From NCBI GenBank assembly GCA_037447605.1, contig CM074804.1, positions 6,921,909-6,985,908 of the forward strand: a stretch of DNA of 64,000 nucleotides, given 5' to 3'. This document shows positions 42,001-54,600 of this stretch, one piece after another. The notes under the pieces were generated by a model. The model ran no database searches. It saw only the letters and a list, made by a program, of their open reading frames with translations, and was not told where the DNA came from. Source of the DNA: Zygnema circumcarinatum SAG 698-1b (lineage: Eukaryota; Plantae; Zygnematophyceae). The position numbers were made by a program, and so were the translations under genes. Within the stretch, counting starts at the first letter, position 1. Each line of letters begins with the position of its first letter.

Positions 42001-45000
42001 TTCTTTGCTCCTTCAATCCCATGCTCACGATCCAGTAATCGCTCCGCATCCTCCATTCCACTATTCTCCGCTCCTCCGTCCTCAGTGCTTCCACTCTCAC
42101 ACCGTGAGCTTCCTGTTCTCTTGACAAACTTGGAGCTCCCAAATTCAGTGAGGATGTGGGTCGCTTTCTTGCGTTTTCTAATCATGGGATGTGTCCTCTC
42201 TTGCCCCTGAAAAACCCCGCCCTCTCCATGACCTTTCGCCGTCTCCTTACTGACCTTACCCTCTAAATTTGCATCAAGGGACGCTTGTTCTCCAACAGGT
42301 AACAACGCATAAGTGCCGCCATGGATCCCTCCAACTAGAGCAAAAGGGTGCCCGGCAGCTCCTTCCTCCTTGGAAGGGGGAGCAATGCAAACCGCTATAG
42401 GCAAGCAACCATCTTGGTTCACAGGCCTTTCATTCCGTTCGATGTCGTCTTCAGCGACAGGGCCTTCCCTCTGTGCGTCAAAAGTCATAATGGCTGTTCT
42501 GCCGGTCAGCTCATGATGTGATGTCTCGCTGCCACTTTCTGCACAAGGAGCAGAAGTATGTCTACCCAGAACTGGATGCCCTTCATCAAAGGTGGGTTTT
42601 CCTGGGTCGCCCTGCCAATCTCGAAGAGTTGGCTGACGATGTATGTTCTTTACCCTGTATGGAACGGTGCCTTGCTTAGCTGAAAAGCTCAAGAGGCTAT
42701 CAGAGAAAACCTCATCTTTCTGCTTGATCACCACTTGTCCCTCTTTCTGCTCATCGGCCAGATCCTGCACTTCGTTCGCAACCATGACGGGGCCATTCCC
42801 TAAAAGAATTGTCTCCATATCCCTCGCTTCTCCTGCAGATTCCTCTCCCCCACTTTTGCAGGTTGCTTTATCTTTTCTGAAAAATTTCGCCTCTGTCCTA
42901 TCTCTTTTTCCGCTCCCAGTTCTCTTCCGTCCCAGGAGGTTACCCCGTTCACTCTCCTTCGTCATACACCCACCAGCCTTGTTGCTCCTTTCTCTCCTTT
43001 CCGCACTTTCATTCAGCTGCTTATTTGCGACATTATCCATCCCTTCCAAACAAGCTGGATTCTTTGCGACAAACTCTAGCACCATGCTCAATGAGTCAAA
43101 AAAGTCTGACCCTTTTTCTGCCCCCCTCACCTGCCGAACACCGGGTGCGAAAAACAGCCCTCCCGCGCCTCTGTAGCTTGCCCTATCCCATCTTTCCCAA
43201 TTTTCCTGCTTTCCTTCCTTCTCTCCTCTTCCAACTGCTGGCCCTTCTCTGTTCCAACCATTAGCTTCGAGGCGAGGCCACACTGCCTCCCAGAAGAGGT
43301 CCTGTGCTCGAGCCTTACTGAGCCTACTCCCCCCCACAAGGACCGCAACCACCTCTGAAACGCTCAAGGCTCTGAGGGCAACGCCGGTCGGAATCTCTGC
43401 CGAAGCAACGGATGGGTTTGTGCCGCGCCCCGGGTCGCCACTTGCACTCGTCAGATCTCCCTTTCCAGAGCCAACTCCAATTCCTTCTGTCAAGGTTCGC
43501 GTTCCCACAAGGTCCCGGAGGGAAAGAATGAAAGCTTCAAAGTCGATCTCCCCGCTGTTGTACGCAGCAGATACCTGCACATGCAGCGGTTCATGTGCCT
43601 CACTCAAGCCTGCAAAACTTGCGGATAATTGAGTCCTGCCAGGAGCTAACTTGAGTTGCGCATAGGACAATGAAAGCAAGTAACGTGATATCCCTCAGGC
43701 CACTTTTGAACGTGCATGACAGTACGCACTTGTGTCAAGCTGGGAAGTTGATGCGTTGGCAATTTTGCTGCCAGTCTGCGAAGCAGCTCCTTCTGTCGCC
43801 AGCCACATAGCAGTGCACTGCCATATAGAAATTCAAATGAATGCATGAGATGAACACTATCGAACATGTCTTTCCTGATTCAAAGCAGAAACCCTGTTGG
43901 AACCTTATTTCGTATCAGCTGAGACGAATTTAACCACACGTCATCAACAGACGAATGGATTCACATAAAGCGTGTACACAATTCCAAACAATTAATTCAC
44001 ATGTGAATGAAGGAATTCACATTCATCCTCTTTGTGTCTGAGTGTGTGCGTTTATCTGCATGCTTTAAAACCTGCTGTACACCAAGCCTCAAAACATAGC
44101 ATTAGGTTATCCTTTTTATCTTGTAAACATCTAAAATTCCACTCGAATTCAGCATGTTGTTTTTGCTAGTTGTTCTTTGAAGGAAGGTAGGACTTGGCGT
44201 GCTATGTAATGAACTACAATTAGCTCCATTTAACTTGTTTCAGCAGAAAAAATGCCAATTGGCTGGTGCTAAAGTGACAAAAGTAAATTTATAAAGCCAT
44301 TTCACATCAACTTTCTCCTTTCACTGGAACGAAACAACTTTATGCTAGATATAAGGATGTAAAAGAAATCTTTCTCCTGACCCGCATACTTCTGAGATCA
44401 AGTTTAGCTCTAGTCCCAAGGCATTTCCAAACAATGAATCAATAAATCACCCGAGGCTACACCATCGAAAATACACTTCACTACTTCCTGTTCCTTATCC
44501 AGCTACTCGTCGCCTGTCGTAACTTCTCAACCGTGATTACGATTCTCACCAATTACAGCCATGGACATGTAGCTTCACACAAACATGGCGGAATAGTTCA
44601 CCAATCAGTTTGAAAAGGCATATCATTTTGTGTGATCATGCAAAACGACCATAGAACTTGCAGAAATATCATGCAGCACAAGGTTGATGCTCACCTTCCA
44701 CGGACATACTTCCGTGCTGTTGAGCGATTCGGTTTACCCGCTAACCATCTCGCTCTTGCTGGCGTGGCATAGAAATCGCCATAGTAAAAATGGATCATAT
44801 CACCGATGATTTTGCTCTGTACAAACTTACAAATTGCTCGAAATTGTTTTCCAAACAGATACAATGCAAGTACAAATGCAGCCATCTCCTCTGCCGTCCA
44901 TGTGGCCTTTTGGATCCCAGGTGCAATGGCTCGATCCTCCGATAACCGCCACTTCATCAGGTCTGATGAAAACGGGTACTCCTCAGCCACAGCTGTAGCA

Positions 45001-48000
45001 CCCTTGCAACCTTTTCCAAAAGCCCTCTTCAACTTTCCCTTGCTTCTGCCTCTAACTTTACTTGCGTCTGCGGAGCCTGCGAAGACTTCCTTCGGCTTCA
45101 CGACAGTGTCTATTTTTTCCATCGCCTCATCTTCAGACCCCTTAGCTGCAATGGCCCAGGAATTTCCTTGACCACTGTCAGAAAGACCCCCTCCTTCTCC
45201 ATTAGCAGTCTCCTCAAGCCCCTCTGACATTCTTTGCTCATTTTCAATATCTGCATCTTCACCTGCCTCAGAGGGCCTTGATGTACATGGGCTCCCCTCC
45301 TCAGGCTCTGGAGAACAACTTCCCATGGCACACATCTCCTCTGCCCCAACCACATTCTGGTTGCTCTCTATTTGGTTAACATTAATGGCTTCTGCTGTGA
45401 GCCCCCGACCTGATCCTGACTCATCATGGTCATTATCTAAGTCAAGGGCAGTGACAAATTCCCGACCTTCTTCCAATGGCTTCCAGAGTCCGACCTTGGG
45501 GCGTGGAATAAATACAACAGGCAGTGCATTGGTCTGCTCTAGCTCCCTTTCCAAATCCGCGACTTCTTGTTCCTTTGACCACCCAAAACTTTCTTGGCAC
45601 ATGCCTGTCTGCCCACTCTTCCAAAAAACCTGCAGTTTCCCAAAACAGAAATCGTTGTCAATTCAAGGATCACATAATCACTTCCCATCCTCGTCATAGG
45701 CTGGGCTCCCTATCGAGTTCTTTTTTGAGTAATTCAAAGGAGTCTATCATCCAGTGCCCCTGGATACATTGAGTTAATGTAACCTTTCAGAGCATGTACT
45801 ATGGAGCTGGAATGGCAAAAAATCTAGCCTAGCCATAAGGTAACAGGACAGGCCGCGAATGACTGGAGGCCTTTCCTGAGCATAGATGAGAAGGGGAAGA
45901 ACCACACACGAAGAGGCATACATGCTTTGACAGTATGAGGCTAGAAAAAGCATCAACCCGTAATGATTTGGATGCGCTGGCCTGGTTATATATAAAATAC
46001 AAGTAGAAATAAATCTGTGCGTTCATGTCTGCATGGTACAAAGACTGGCGCAATCAATAGCAAACAACATCCATCGCAAGGACTCAAACGTTATCTAAGC
46101 TGCTGCATGTATCGTAGGTTTGAGATAAAACAAAGTGCAATCCGTTTGTGTACGTTAAAGACAACACACATACGGTCCCTTGGTTCCAGTCGCTCGTGTC
46201 ACGATTAAATGTTAAGACAGAGAACCAAAGCTTTTACCAATTTTCACCTTGCAAATTTTGCATTGCTAGGTAAAGATGTCAAACAAATTTGAAAGCACGA
46301 TCCTGGAAATGTTCTACAATGCATACTCTACATTCCATCCCATGTGTCTTGCTGTGAAGGGTATTGCTGGAATCTCTAAACTTACCGTTTCTGACGACAA
46401 CCTCGCTCGGGTAGGCTTCAACAAAACAGCGGGCAGCTCTGTCACCTGAATGCAACAACGGGTAATCGAGAGTCAGTCAATGGCCTGCCGCCTCGCACCC
46501 TGTTTGAACTCAAGTTAAAATGACCATATTCTTTCCCCCCTATCCATCATTTCCCGCAACAGGGCCATAATTAAGATGTAGACAAGCTTTTAATGTGCAT
46601 ACAAAATAAGCCCCCTACATGCTGATGCCCTCTTCCTTGCAGTACAAAGATGTTTGGTGACTAGGCCACTTCCTTTATAATGTCCATTTTCACAATGACT
46701 AATTAATTAAAGTTTCAGAAACCGAGGGTCTGACGAAAACTGGAGAAGCTGAGGGTCTCACGAGTAGCACCAAAAGCAAGACCTACCAAAGCAGTAAAAC
46801 AATGTTATTTTCACTGAAGGCCACGTACGTTTGAGTAGGTCAAACGTTTTCTATCTATCTGCCATTTATATATGCAGATTAACGCAGGCAACGGAACCAC
46901 GAAATGGAAGTCATAAAAAGCCTTTCTAGAACACTTTCCCGGATAAACTTTGAGCTGCAACTTACACGCTACCCTTGCACACCCTCTCCCAATTTCTACA
47001 CTCTTGACTTCTGCCTCAGTATGATTATTTTGAAACTATGGCTCCTTCAATCTGCTGCTACCACTTTTTCCAGAGCATTTGCTGGGCGCTATATACCAGT
47101 AGATTTTGAATGATAAGAAAATAAAAATAAGCGTTCAGTAAGGTATACATAGAAATATCCAAGTTTGCAAGTTATGCTAAATGTTTCAAGCTGAGCAGCT
47201 AAGTGAAGTGGTGTATGGTCACAGACTGATGTACCCCCCTCCGACTCCTTTCGCGATAAGAAAATCGGCCATAAAATTAATACCTGGTAAAGTTTTCCAA
47301 TGCGAGCACGGTGCTGTTGGCTGCCACCGTTAACTGCCAGACCAGCTACAGGACTAGCCAACGCTAGGGACTGCTGTGCCGCCCGTGGATAATCCTCGCA
47401 TTCATTCGGCTCGTCGTCTGTGTTGGCTTCATCGGAAGTATTGATACACTCCATTCCACCTAATTTCCTTCCGCAATTCTGAGATGCCGTGTCCACATGC
47501 TGTTCACTAAATTCGTGCCTTGCGTCTGCCGTCGCCAACCCAACATTTAAGTCCAATCCTGGTAATGCTGAGTTGTCATCAGCCTCGGGCAAAGGCCGGG
47601 GTCCTATTAACAGTTCAGAAGAAAAAGGCAAAGATTCGTTACAATCACCTGATGCCTGTACATTTCGCGTGGAAAAATCTATTTCTGAGCCAAGAAAAGT
47701 TCCGCCATAATTTCCAGCTCCAACAAGACGTCCCTCACAAGCTCCCAATTGTCCAAAGTCAACATGCTGCTTGACGAGAATGCTGCTTTGCCTATTCTGT
47801 ATCTCGTGGCAATCATCCGCTTCTGGTTCTGTAACATTGATACCTCTATGCAAGCTTTCATGACTAGCTGCATCAGATAAATGCAACAAGCCATGTGCCT
47901 CAAAGTCCGTGAAGTTGCTAGCCCCTTTAACAGCGACTGCACTAACCGAATGAGATGCATGTACCAGCGCATCGACTATGCCAGTTGGAAACTTTGCCAT
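39039..48000 (-). CDS. large plant ELM2/SANT-domain protein (At1g09050/At1g55050/At2g47820-like); exons 47284-48000, 46386-46445, 44695-45629, 43730-43817, 39039-43574; about 2111 aa
   Basis: RIGKLYQ (ELM2-like), FVLALYLFGKQF..K.IGDMIHFYYGDFY (SANT), GWRQKELL, GVGSGKGDLT, RLSKARAQDLFWEAVWPRL and an AT-hook KRGRPKG. An upstream, probably non-coding exon lies near 48300-48460. Confidence 0.82.
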
Positions 48001-48399
48001 AATATCACACAATCCTTGTTTCTCTAAAATAGACAAGGCTTCAAAGCGACCGGCTTTATCCTCTCACAGCAAGACGCGAACAAAGCCATTCCTTTATCCA
48101 TCTCCTCGCTAGCACCTTAACTCTATATCTACATTTACATAACTTAGTCTTCCAAACTTTGCACCCCCCACGTTCGCATCCCCTCCCCTAGCACCGCCGC
48201 GTCCACCTCATCCCGCTTTCCCTCTCCGAGGCGCCCCCTCTTCCGCACCCGCTGCGGCGCCCACCCCCTCCGCAAGCCCTCGAACGCGCACAGGACCTCC
48301 CTTTGGCAGGATGAGGGCGAGGCGGCTGCGAGGGAGTAGCAGCCTCGGCATGGCATTGGCGGCGGCCCGCCCCAGCGAGCGGCCCTCGCAGGCAGGCAC

Positions 48400-48700
48400 G
48401 CAAGCAGGCAGGCGGAGGCAACTCCAAAAGAGCTCCTTCCTCTCCCTCTCTCCTTTACTCTCTCCCTCCCTCCCTCGGCCTGGCGCGAGGCGGCGCCCTG
48501 ACCGCCCGACCGCCTGTCCCGCGCCCGCCCGTCGCCAGCGCGCGCACATTCAGTCAGTCCCACAGTTCAACGGGCTGCGGCGCTGCGCTAGTGTTCGCTG
48601 TGAGAGGGTGGACCTGGGTGGATCTGCACTCTGGATCTTGAGCTCAGCTCGTACGGCAGCACTCCCGCACTTTGGAAGTGTGGAATTTCGAATCGAAGGG
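48400..48700. promoter_or_regulatory. compact bidirectional promoter shared by the two ELM2/SANT genes
   Basis: GC-rich first exons point outward on both strands; donors near 48296 (minus) and 48700-48721 (plus). TSS positions are inferred. Confidence 0.5.
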
Positions 48701-49027
48701 TAAAGGTTAAGGGTCGAAGGGTGAGAGATGAAGTCGCACAGTTTGGAGAGAGAGCTAGAGTGGACAAGAGTAGGTAGATCGGAGTAAGGCGCTGGATCAA
48801 CTAGAAGTCGGGTCCACTTTCACAGCTGTTGCACCTTCAGTAGCATCCCTAGTGGTAGGAATGGCTGCTTCAACTGTCTGCCCTAAAAATCTGACAGGAA
48901 GCACTGCAAGGTGGAGTAGTGGGAGAAACGTTGGATTTTCAGGTGCAGATTTTTTCGAATGCAACGAGGAATATTTTGATGTATTTTGTAATGGACTTTG
49001 CTGCATTCTTGTGTCGGAAGTTGCGAG

Positions 49028-49569
49028 TTAGGGTTTGTGTCGGGGGATTTTCAGTGACTGTTACTGCAAGTAAAATGTTTCTGAACCGGATGGCACATAA
49101 GCATGGAGTGCTGGCTTTATGAATTGCAGCAACTGTGTGCTCAGTTGTCTCAGTTTGTACATGACAAGAATTAGGGTTTCCGTTTGACTGTTGCTGGAGT
49201 AGCTGCTTGGATAACTTTCTTGTGAATGCTTGTTCTGAGACTTTCTTTGATTTTTCTATTGTTCGAAATATCTCCTTTATGTGCTGTACAGTTGATAGCT
49301 GCAACTAGGGTTACGGCTTGCTAGGGCTTTACTTTCTGGAATGATGTTTTAATGCCAAAGAAATTTCGTTTACGACGTAAGTTACGTTGCTCCTATGTAG
49401 CTCGTACTTTTGATTTTTTTCTTAATATGTTTGTGGCGGATTTATGCTGTTTGTGGTCGTTTTACCTTGCAGTGAATAGTCGTGATGCGTTTAAAACCCT
49501 GTCCTCCAGATTTTTTGGGGCGTAAGATGTTGCCGCAGCAGTTTGTGCCAATGTCTGTGTTTAGGGTTT
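49028..49569 (+). promoter_or_regulatory. telo-box cluster in the 5' leader intron of the ELM2 gene
   Basis: TTAGGGTTT at 49028, 49171 and 49561; CTAGGGTTA near 49305. Confidence 0.6.
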
Positions 49570-50266
49570 GACTTTGGAGATGCAGGACTTGGTTTACATG
49601 TTCTTCATTTTTTTCGGAGAGCGCGCTTCTATGACAGGGCGTGGCATGCTTGGCTTGCTTAACATGTCTAGGATGATTGCTGTTTTTTTTTTCATGTTTG
49701 TTGCATGATAGTTTGGAAGTATTTTCGTCGTTTCCCCGTTATTGGCATGGAGGGCATGTGGTTGGGCTTGTTGCAAACTTTTCAATCAGTACTGTTTCGA
49801 GTTGTCGTACTCATCTTTCTAACGAGTCCAGACGGCTATTAGGTCGATGCAAAAAGTGAATTGTGCACATTCTCTATCCGCATTACAGATTAGGTCATCA
49901 TATCCTATTCTGCAGTCGCAGACAACGAATAAAAGAATGAGCGAATGATTCACTTTCTGCGTCGGCATGGGTCTGTTGAATGCTCGTTTCTCTATCCATG
50001 TTGTCACTGTGGGCCAGCCGTCTCTATTGCCATTGGCGATTTTGGTGCGCGCGTCATTGACGTTTACCCTTTGTTTCTCGCCATGCAGGATTATTCCAGT
50101 CGAGTTGAAGGTCCCGTTGTCCTACCAGCCTGTGCACAGCAGTACAATAATCTTGTGGAATAGTGTGAACTGTGATTTCTTCACGTCAATTCCATTGGAA
50201 CAACCCTGCGATTCTTTCCTCTGATCGAAGTTGTCTACAGAGGAAAAATCTTTGATTCTCTGAGCC

Positions 50267-51547
50267 ATGGGTGATGCAGGGGAGAAGGTGGTGCCTGTTG
50301 GGCCTGATTATCAGGCTTTTCTCCCAATTTTAAGGCCTCTTCAACCTCTACATTCTAATCATGGCAGTGACAGTCCAGTCATTGGTAGAGGCATGAATTG
50401 GAAACCTGTTGGAGAAACTGACGAGCACGAATGGTTAGGACAGCAAGTATGGCCGCTTCCTGGTGGACAGGCTGCACATGTGACGGGCAGGTCCTTTCGG
50501 CAACCAGGCAAGGGTCGGGAAGATGACTGCGGCTGTGCTAGTCCAGGTTCACTAGAGTGTGTCAGGTTGCACGTTAAAGAAGCAGATGAAAAGCTCAAGA
50601 TAGGGCTCGGCGCTGCTTATTTTGAATGGAGACTTCCTGAAATGGGGGAGAAGTATGCGGATAGCTGGACGGAGAGTGAAGAAGATAGTTTTATATCCAC
50701 GGTACAGTGGTATCCTAAATCGAGAAATTCGAATTTCTGGAGTTTTCTCGAGAAGACCGTTCCCGGGCGCACCAGGCAAGAGAAGGTCTGCTATTATTAT
50801 AATGTATTCGTTTTACGAAGAAGGGCAGCCCAGAATCGCCTTTATCCGGAAGTGGACATTGATTCAGATGATGATGATACTAATTTGTTTAATGATGAAA
50901 CTGATGGGAGCGAGGACTTCTGCGAGGATGATGGTATTCTTAGCAGTGTGGATATGGAGGGGGAAGATGCTTTTCTGATGGAGGTGGTGCTCAGCGGTGA
51001 AGATGAATCCCGTTTAACTGAATCCAGCACTTCACCCGTGCGAGGAATGGAGCCTTATCAGTCAATGCTGCAACCCGAATCTGGCAACGAGTTCACAATA
51101 GTGGATCAAAGTTCTGGGGAGGACAGGAGTATTCTGTATTCGGGTAGTGGAAGCCAGGACTCCCGTCTGGGTGTACGGAAAGATGACGAGACGGATATGG
51201 ATGAAAGCGAGGACGATCAACCCACGGAGAAGGATTGCTGGGACAAGCAGCCATGGGGTTCCGGGTTCCACTTCCGAGAGGTGCATCCGCTGCAGGACAG
51301 TGGACTTGGAACGTGCGACGACAGGGGTGTGGAGCATGCAGACCCTGGCAGTAATATTAGTGTTATCGAGTTTCCGTTGGATGCCGTTGAATCAATTGAG
51401 CACTGCGACTTGGGAGCTTGGGTGGGTACAATGGACATGCACTCCAGGATTGGGGACGACCGCTTGATATCCACAAATGGCGTCATGAAGGAGCTGTTCG
51501 GTGACAGTGCTGGGCACGGGTGGGATGATAATGACCGCATACTGTAG
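50267..51547 (+). CDS. ELM2-SANT protein of the ARID1/ARID2 C-terminal type, no ARID domain seen; single coding exon, 426 aa
   Basis: VPVGPDYQA, WLGQQVWP, CGCASPGSLECVRLHV, MGE...WTESEE, FW..L....PGRTR...VCYYYNVFVLRRRA.QNR and IDSDDDD. Confidence 0.88.
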   Translation: MGDAGEKVVPVGPDYQAFLPILRPLQPLHSNHGSDSPVIGRGMNWKPVGETDEHEWLGQQVWPLPGGQAAHVTGRSFRQPGKGREDDCGCASPGSLECVRLHVKEADEKLKIGLGAAYFEWRLPEMGEKYADSWTESEEDSFISTVQWYPKSRNSNFWSFLEKTVPGRTRQEKVCYYYNVFVLRRRAAQNRLYPEVDIDSDDDDTNLFNDETDGSEDFCEDDGILSSVDMEGEDAFLMEVVLSGEDESRLTESSTSPVRGMEPYQSMLQPESGNEFTIVDQSSGEDRSILYSGSGSQDSRLGVRKDDETDMDESEDDQPTEKDCWDKQPWGSGFHFREVHPLQDSGLGTCDDRGVEHADPGSNISVIEFPLDAVESIEHCDLGAWVGTMDMHSRIGDDRLISTNGVMKELFGDSAGHGWDDNDRIL

Positions 51548-54500
51548 AAAAAGGTGTACACTGTAAAGTCTTATGTATTTGTTGATACGGTATCTTTAAA
51601 CCAAGGCTGAAACTCTCACAGCCACTTAAAGTAGGCTGAGCAATGGGGATGTGTCTTTTGTTGTATAAGAAAGGTAGCAGAAATGCAGTCAGTTAAAAGG
51701 GGCAAGTTCATAAGTAGGCTAGCCCCAAGGCTTGACTCCGCATTCTCTTTTGTAATGGACAACAAATCTGTTGAGACAGCAATGACAGTCAATTGTCTGT
51801 CTCAGCGATAGTTCTTTTTGGACCGTGTGTACTGTGCATGGAGCTCGTGAATGGGCCAATTTTGTTTTCCTTCGGAGCATCCTTGCTCGCCTTAGAAAGG
51901 CATTGTGAACGAAATTTGTTGTACAAATTGCTCAAGTACATCCATCCACCGTTATCGGGCAAATCCTGCTATGTGAGTGCCAATCACACTAGATGATAAA
52001 TAAGATAAATTTGGGCCTGGAAATTTGTACTCCTGATGTGTTTGGCAGAATATTGTTGGTTAAAAGCATTTCAAGTAAAATAAGCATTTCGATGTTGTAG
52101 GCATTCCTCCATTTAATTGGTGAACCATTATGGGCAATGTGAATTAGGACAGTTCCTACAGCCTGTCATGGATCCAAGGAGCTTTCCCCTTCCAAAAACT
52201 ATGTCACGTGGAGTGTGAAAGAGGACAACTTAGGCGCCAGCTTCTGAAGTCATCACGTGCACGTCTTTCAAAGAGCACACGATAGGGATCACATTTGTGA
52301 CTTGAATTGAGTTTGAACAAGAATGAAGACATGGATCGTACAATACACTCACTATCATCATCGAGAAAAGTTGTAAGGTAGCATATAGTTATAGGACAAC
52401 ATAGAAAAGAGAACGGCGTGTTGTTGACCTCCTGTTGGCGACACAACCCTCCCTTAACCATTTGATGGCTTCAACATTCAGAGATCGCTTTCCGTTCCTC
52501 ATTTTCAAGAAGAGGAAAGTGAATTGGCATTGAAAGACCCTCTGTTTGCGTAGGCCTCACTTGAACACAACAGAATGAAAGTCAGCAACACTGAGTTTAC
52601 ACCATGGCACTGTTCTTGTGCTTGTCGTTGTTGTACTTGTCTTCTTCGTAGAAAGAAAGGGACAGTTGTGGAGCCGAGACTTGGCAGCGCTACTCTTGCA
52701 TCGGCGTACTGGGCTGTGAGTCTGAGTACCGAGTCTACTGAATCTCGTATGCTGACTTTCCTCACTCGTCTTTTTCTCTTTCATGGCCATCCATGGCTGA
52801 TCACATTTCTCGCTCTTCCGAGGCGGAAAGCCTGCGGCAGAAGGAGACCGAGCATAAGGTCCGGCTGAACACTTATCAGACAGCACGTTATTGACTCGAC
52901 AACCTTCTTCTCGCTTCCTTCCAGTAGCAAGAGGGAGGGTCATCTCTGTAATTTCATTGAGGAGATTGTAGTTGTATGACTGTCCGCTGCAATCATAGCT
53001 CCTCTGATGAAGGCGAAAGTAGCTCGAGTGACATTGCCGTTTTGTTCGACTGACCAGTAGTTACGAGAGAAGAAGGCGTGCAAAACCTTTCTTCGACTCT
53101 GATAGCGATTTGGTGCCTTTTCTGCTTGAGGCAGGTGAAAGAATTGGAGGTTGTATGCGCCGAATTGCAGAGTTTGCCAGCTGGAAGAGTGAGCTTGACG
53201 TCGCTTCGTTGCCATATCCTGACTGGGAGCACACTTTTGAGTGCCGCTCTTTCAGAATAGCTTGCCGAGTCTATGGAGCTTGAAGAGGGACAAGTGCTTC
53301 CTTTTATATTTCTTTGTGAATGAGAGGAAGGACCTACAAGCATCGTTTCATTGTGTTTCCAGCACAAAGAACGTGTTCGTGAGAGTGCATAGTTTGTGCA
53401 TTTCTGTTTCGCATTCTTTGCTGAAAATCCTATGCTGCAGAATAATCTTTTCAGGTCAGGCACTGCCTGGAATTGTTGGAATCGTTCTGACAACACTCGC
53501 TTTGATGAGTTTGAAGTTGTGTGTCTTTTTTAAACATGAAGTGTCGGAGGACAGTGTGTGCATGTTTTGGTTTTTAGTCTGCGCCCTGACATTCGGCAAA
53601 TGATTGGGTCGTGGAGGCAATGCAGAGTGTTTATCAGAAGCGCGGCTCTATTCTTTTTTTGGCAGACAGGAAGGTGGTTCAAACCAAACAGCAGAGTAAG
53701 AGAGGACTTGCCTTTGCAGACCCAGGCACATGCAGCTCCTGCAAGCCCTGATGTGGTTGGGTGAAGCATTTGGTGAACAAGAAAGTCCAAGCGATAGGAG
53801 CAGCTTCTTGCTGATTGAGTGTAGAATGTTTTCGAGACTTGAACGTAAAACAAAACCTGTTAATCCAATTCTCCAGTCCTCGCATTCTTTTTTCATGGTA
53901 AGATTTATCCGAGTTTAAAAATTGTGATTTTGATTTTGAAATGTTCCACGAATGGTGAAAAATAGTCAGAAAGTGGGTTGGAGTATGAGATGGCATCAAA
54001 GGTCTTCATTCATGGCAGTGTTGTGACCATGAACGTATGGGGAGTCATTCGAAGAACACTTCAAACTAAAATAGGGAACATGCAGTAGCACACAATTACC
54101 ATATGGAAATCACCTATACGAATTTAACAAAAGACCACACTCAAATGATTGAAAACCGAAACGCTTGTAGGCCAACCTTGCACGCAACCAAAATCAGCAA
54201 CCTCGTCTCTAACCTCTCGCATGCACCCTCATCTCTACACTAGTTCCTTTCACATTCTCTATGTCTTTTATACTGGGCTGGCTCCCATTTGGACCTTCTC
54301 ATCAGTTTTCCTCGAAGGTGTTCGTCATCCTTCTCTTTCCACTTATCTTCCGATCTCCACTTCTACCTCTATACTGCATATATCTGAACCTGCAGAACCA
54401 CGCCTTTGACTGGGCAGGAGGATGGTGGTTTTTGCAGGGGAACTCGAGAAGGCAAAGGTTAACAGTGCAAAACATAAGGACTAAGGGCTTTCCTGCAACT

Positions 54501-54600
54501 AAAGGAAATCCAGAAAGGTCCAAGTTCAGCTGAGGTTTCTGAAGAGCAAGCGAAGAGCAACCCTATTTCGAACACAGGGATTTCATTAACACAAGCTCAG

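Noticed and set aside
39208-43632. Many plus-strand ORFs antisense to the large SANT exon (likewise antisense to the FUT, MYB and PEX13 exons)
   Set aside because: Shadow ORFs of real coding sequence.
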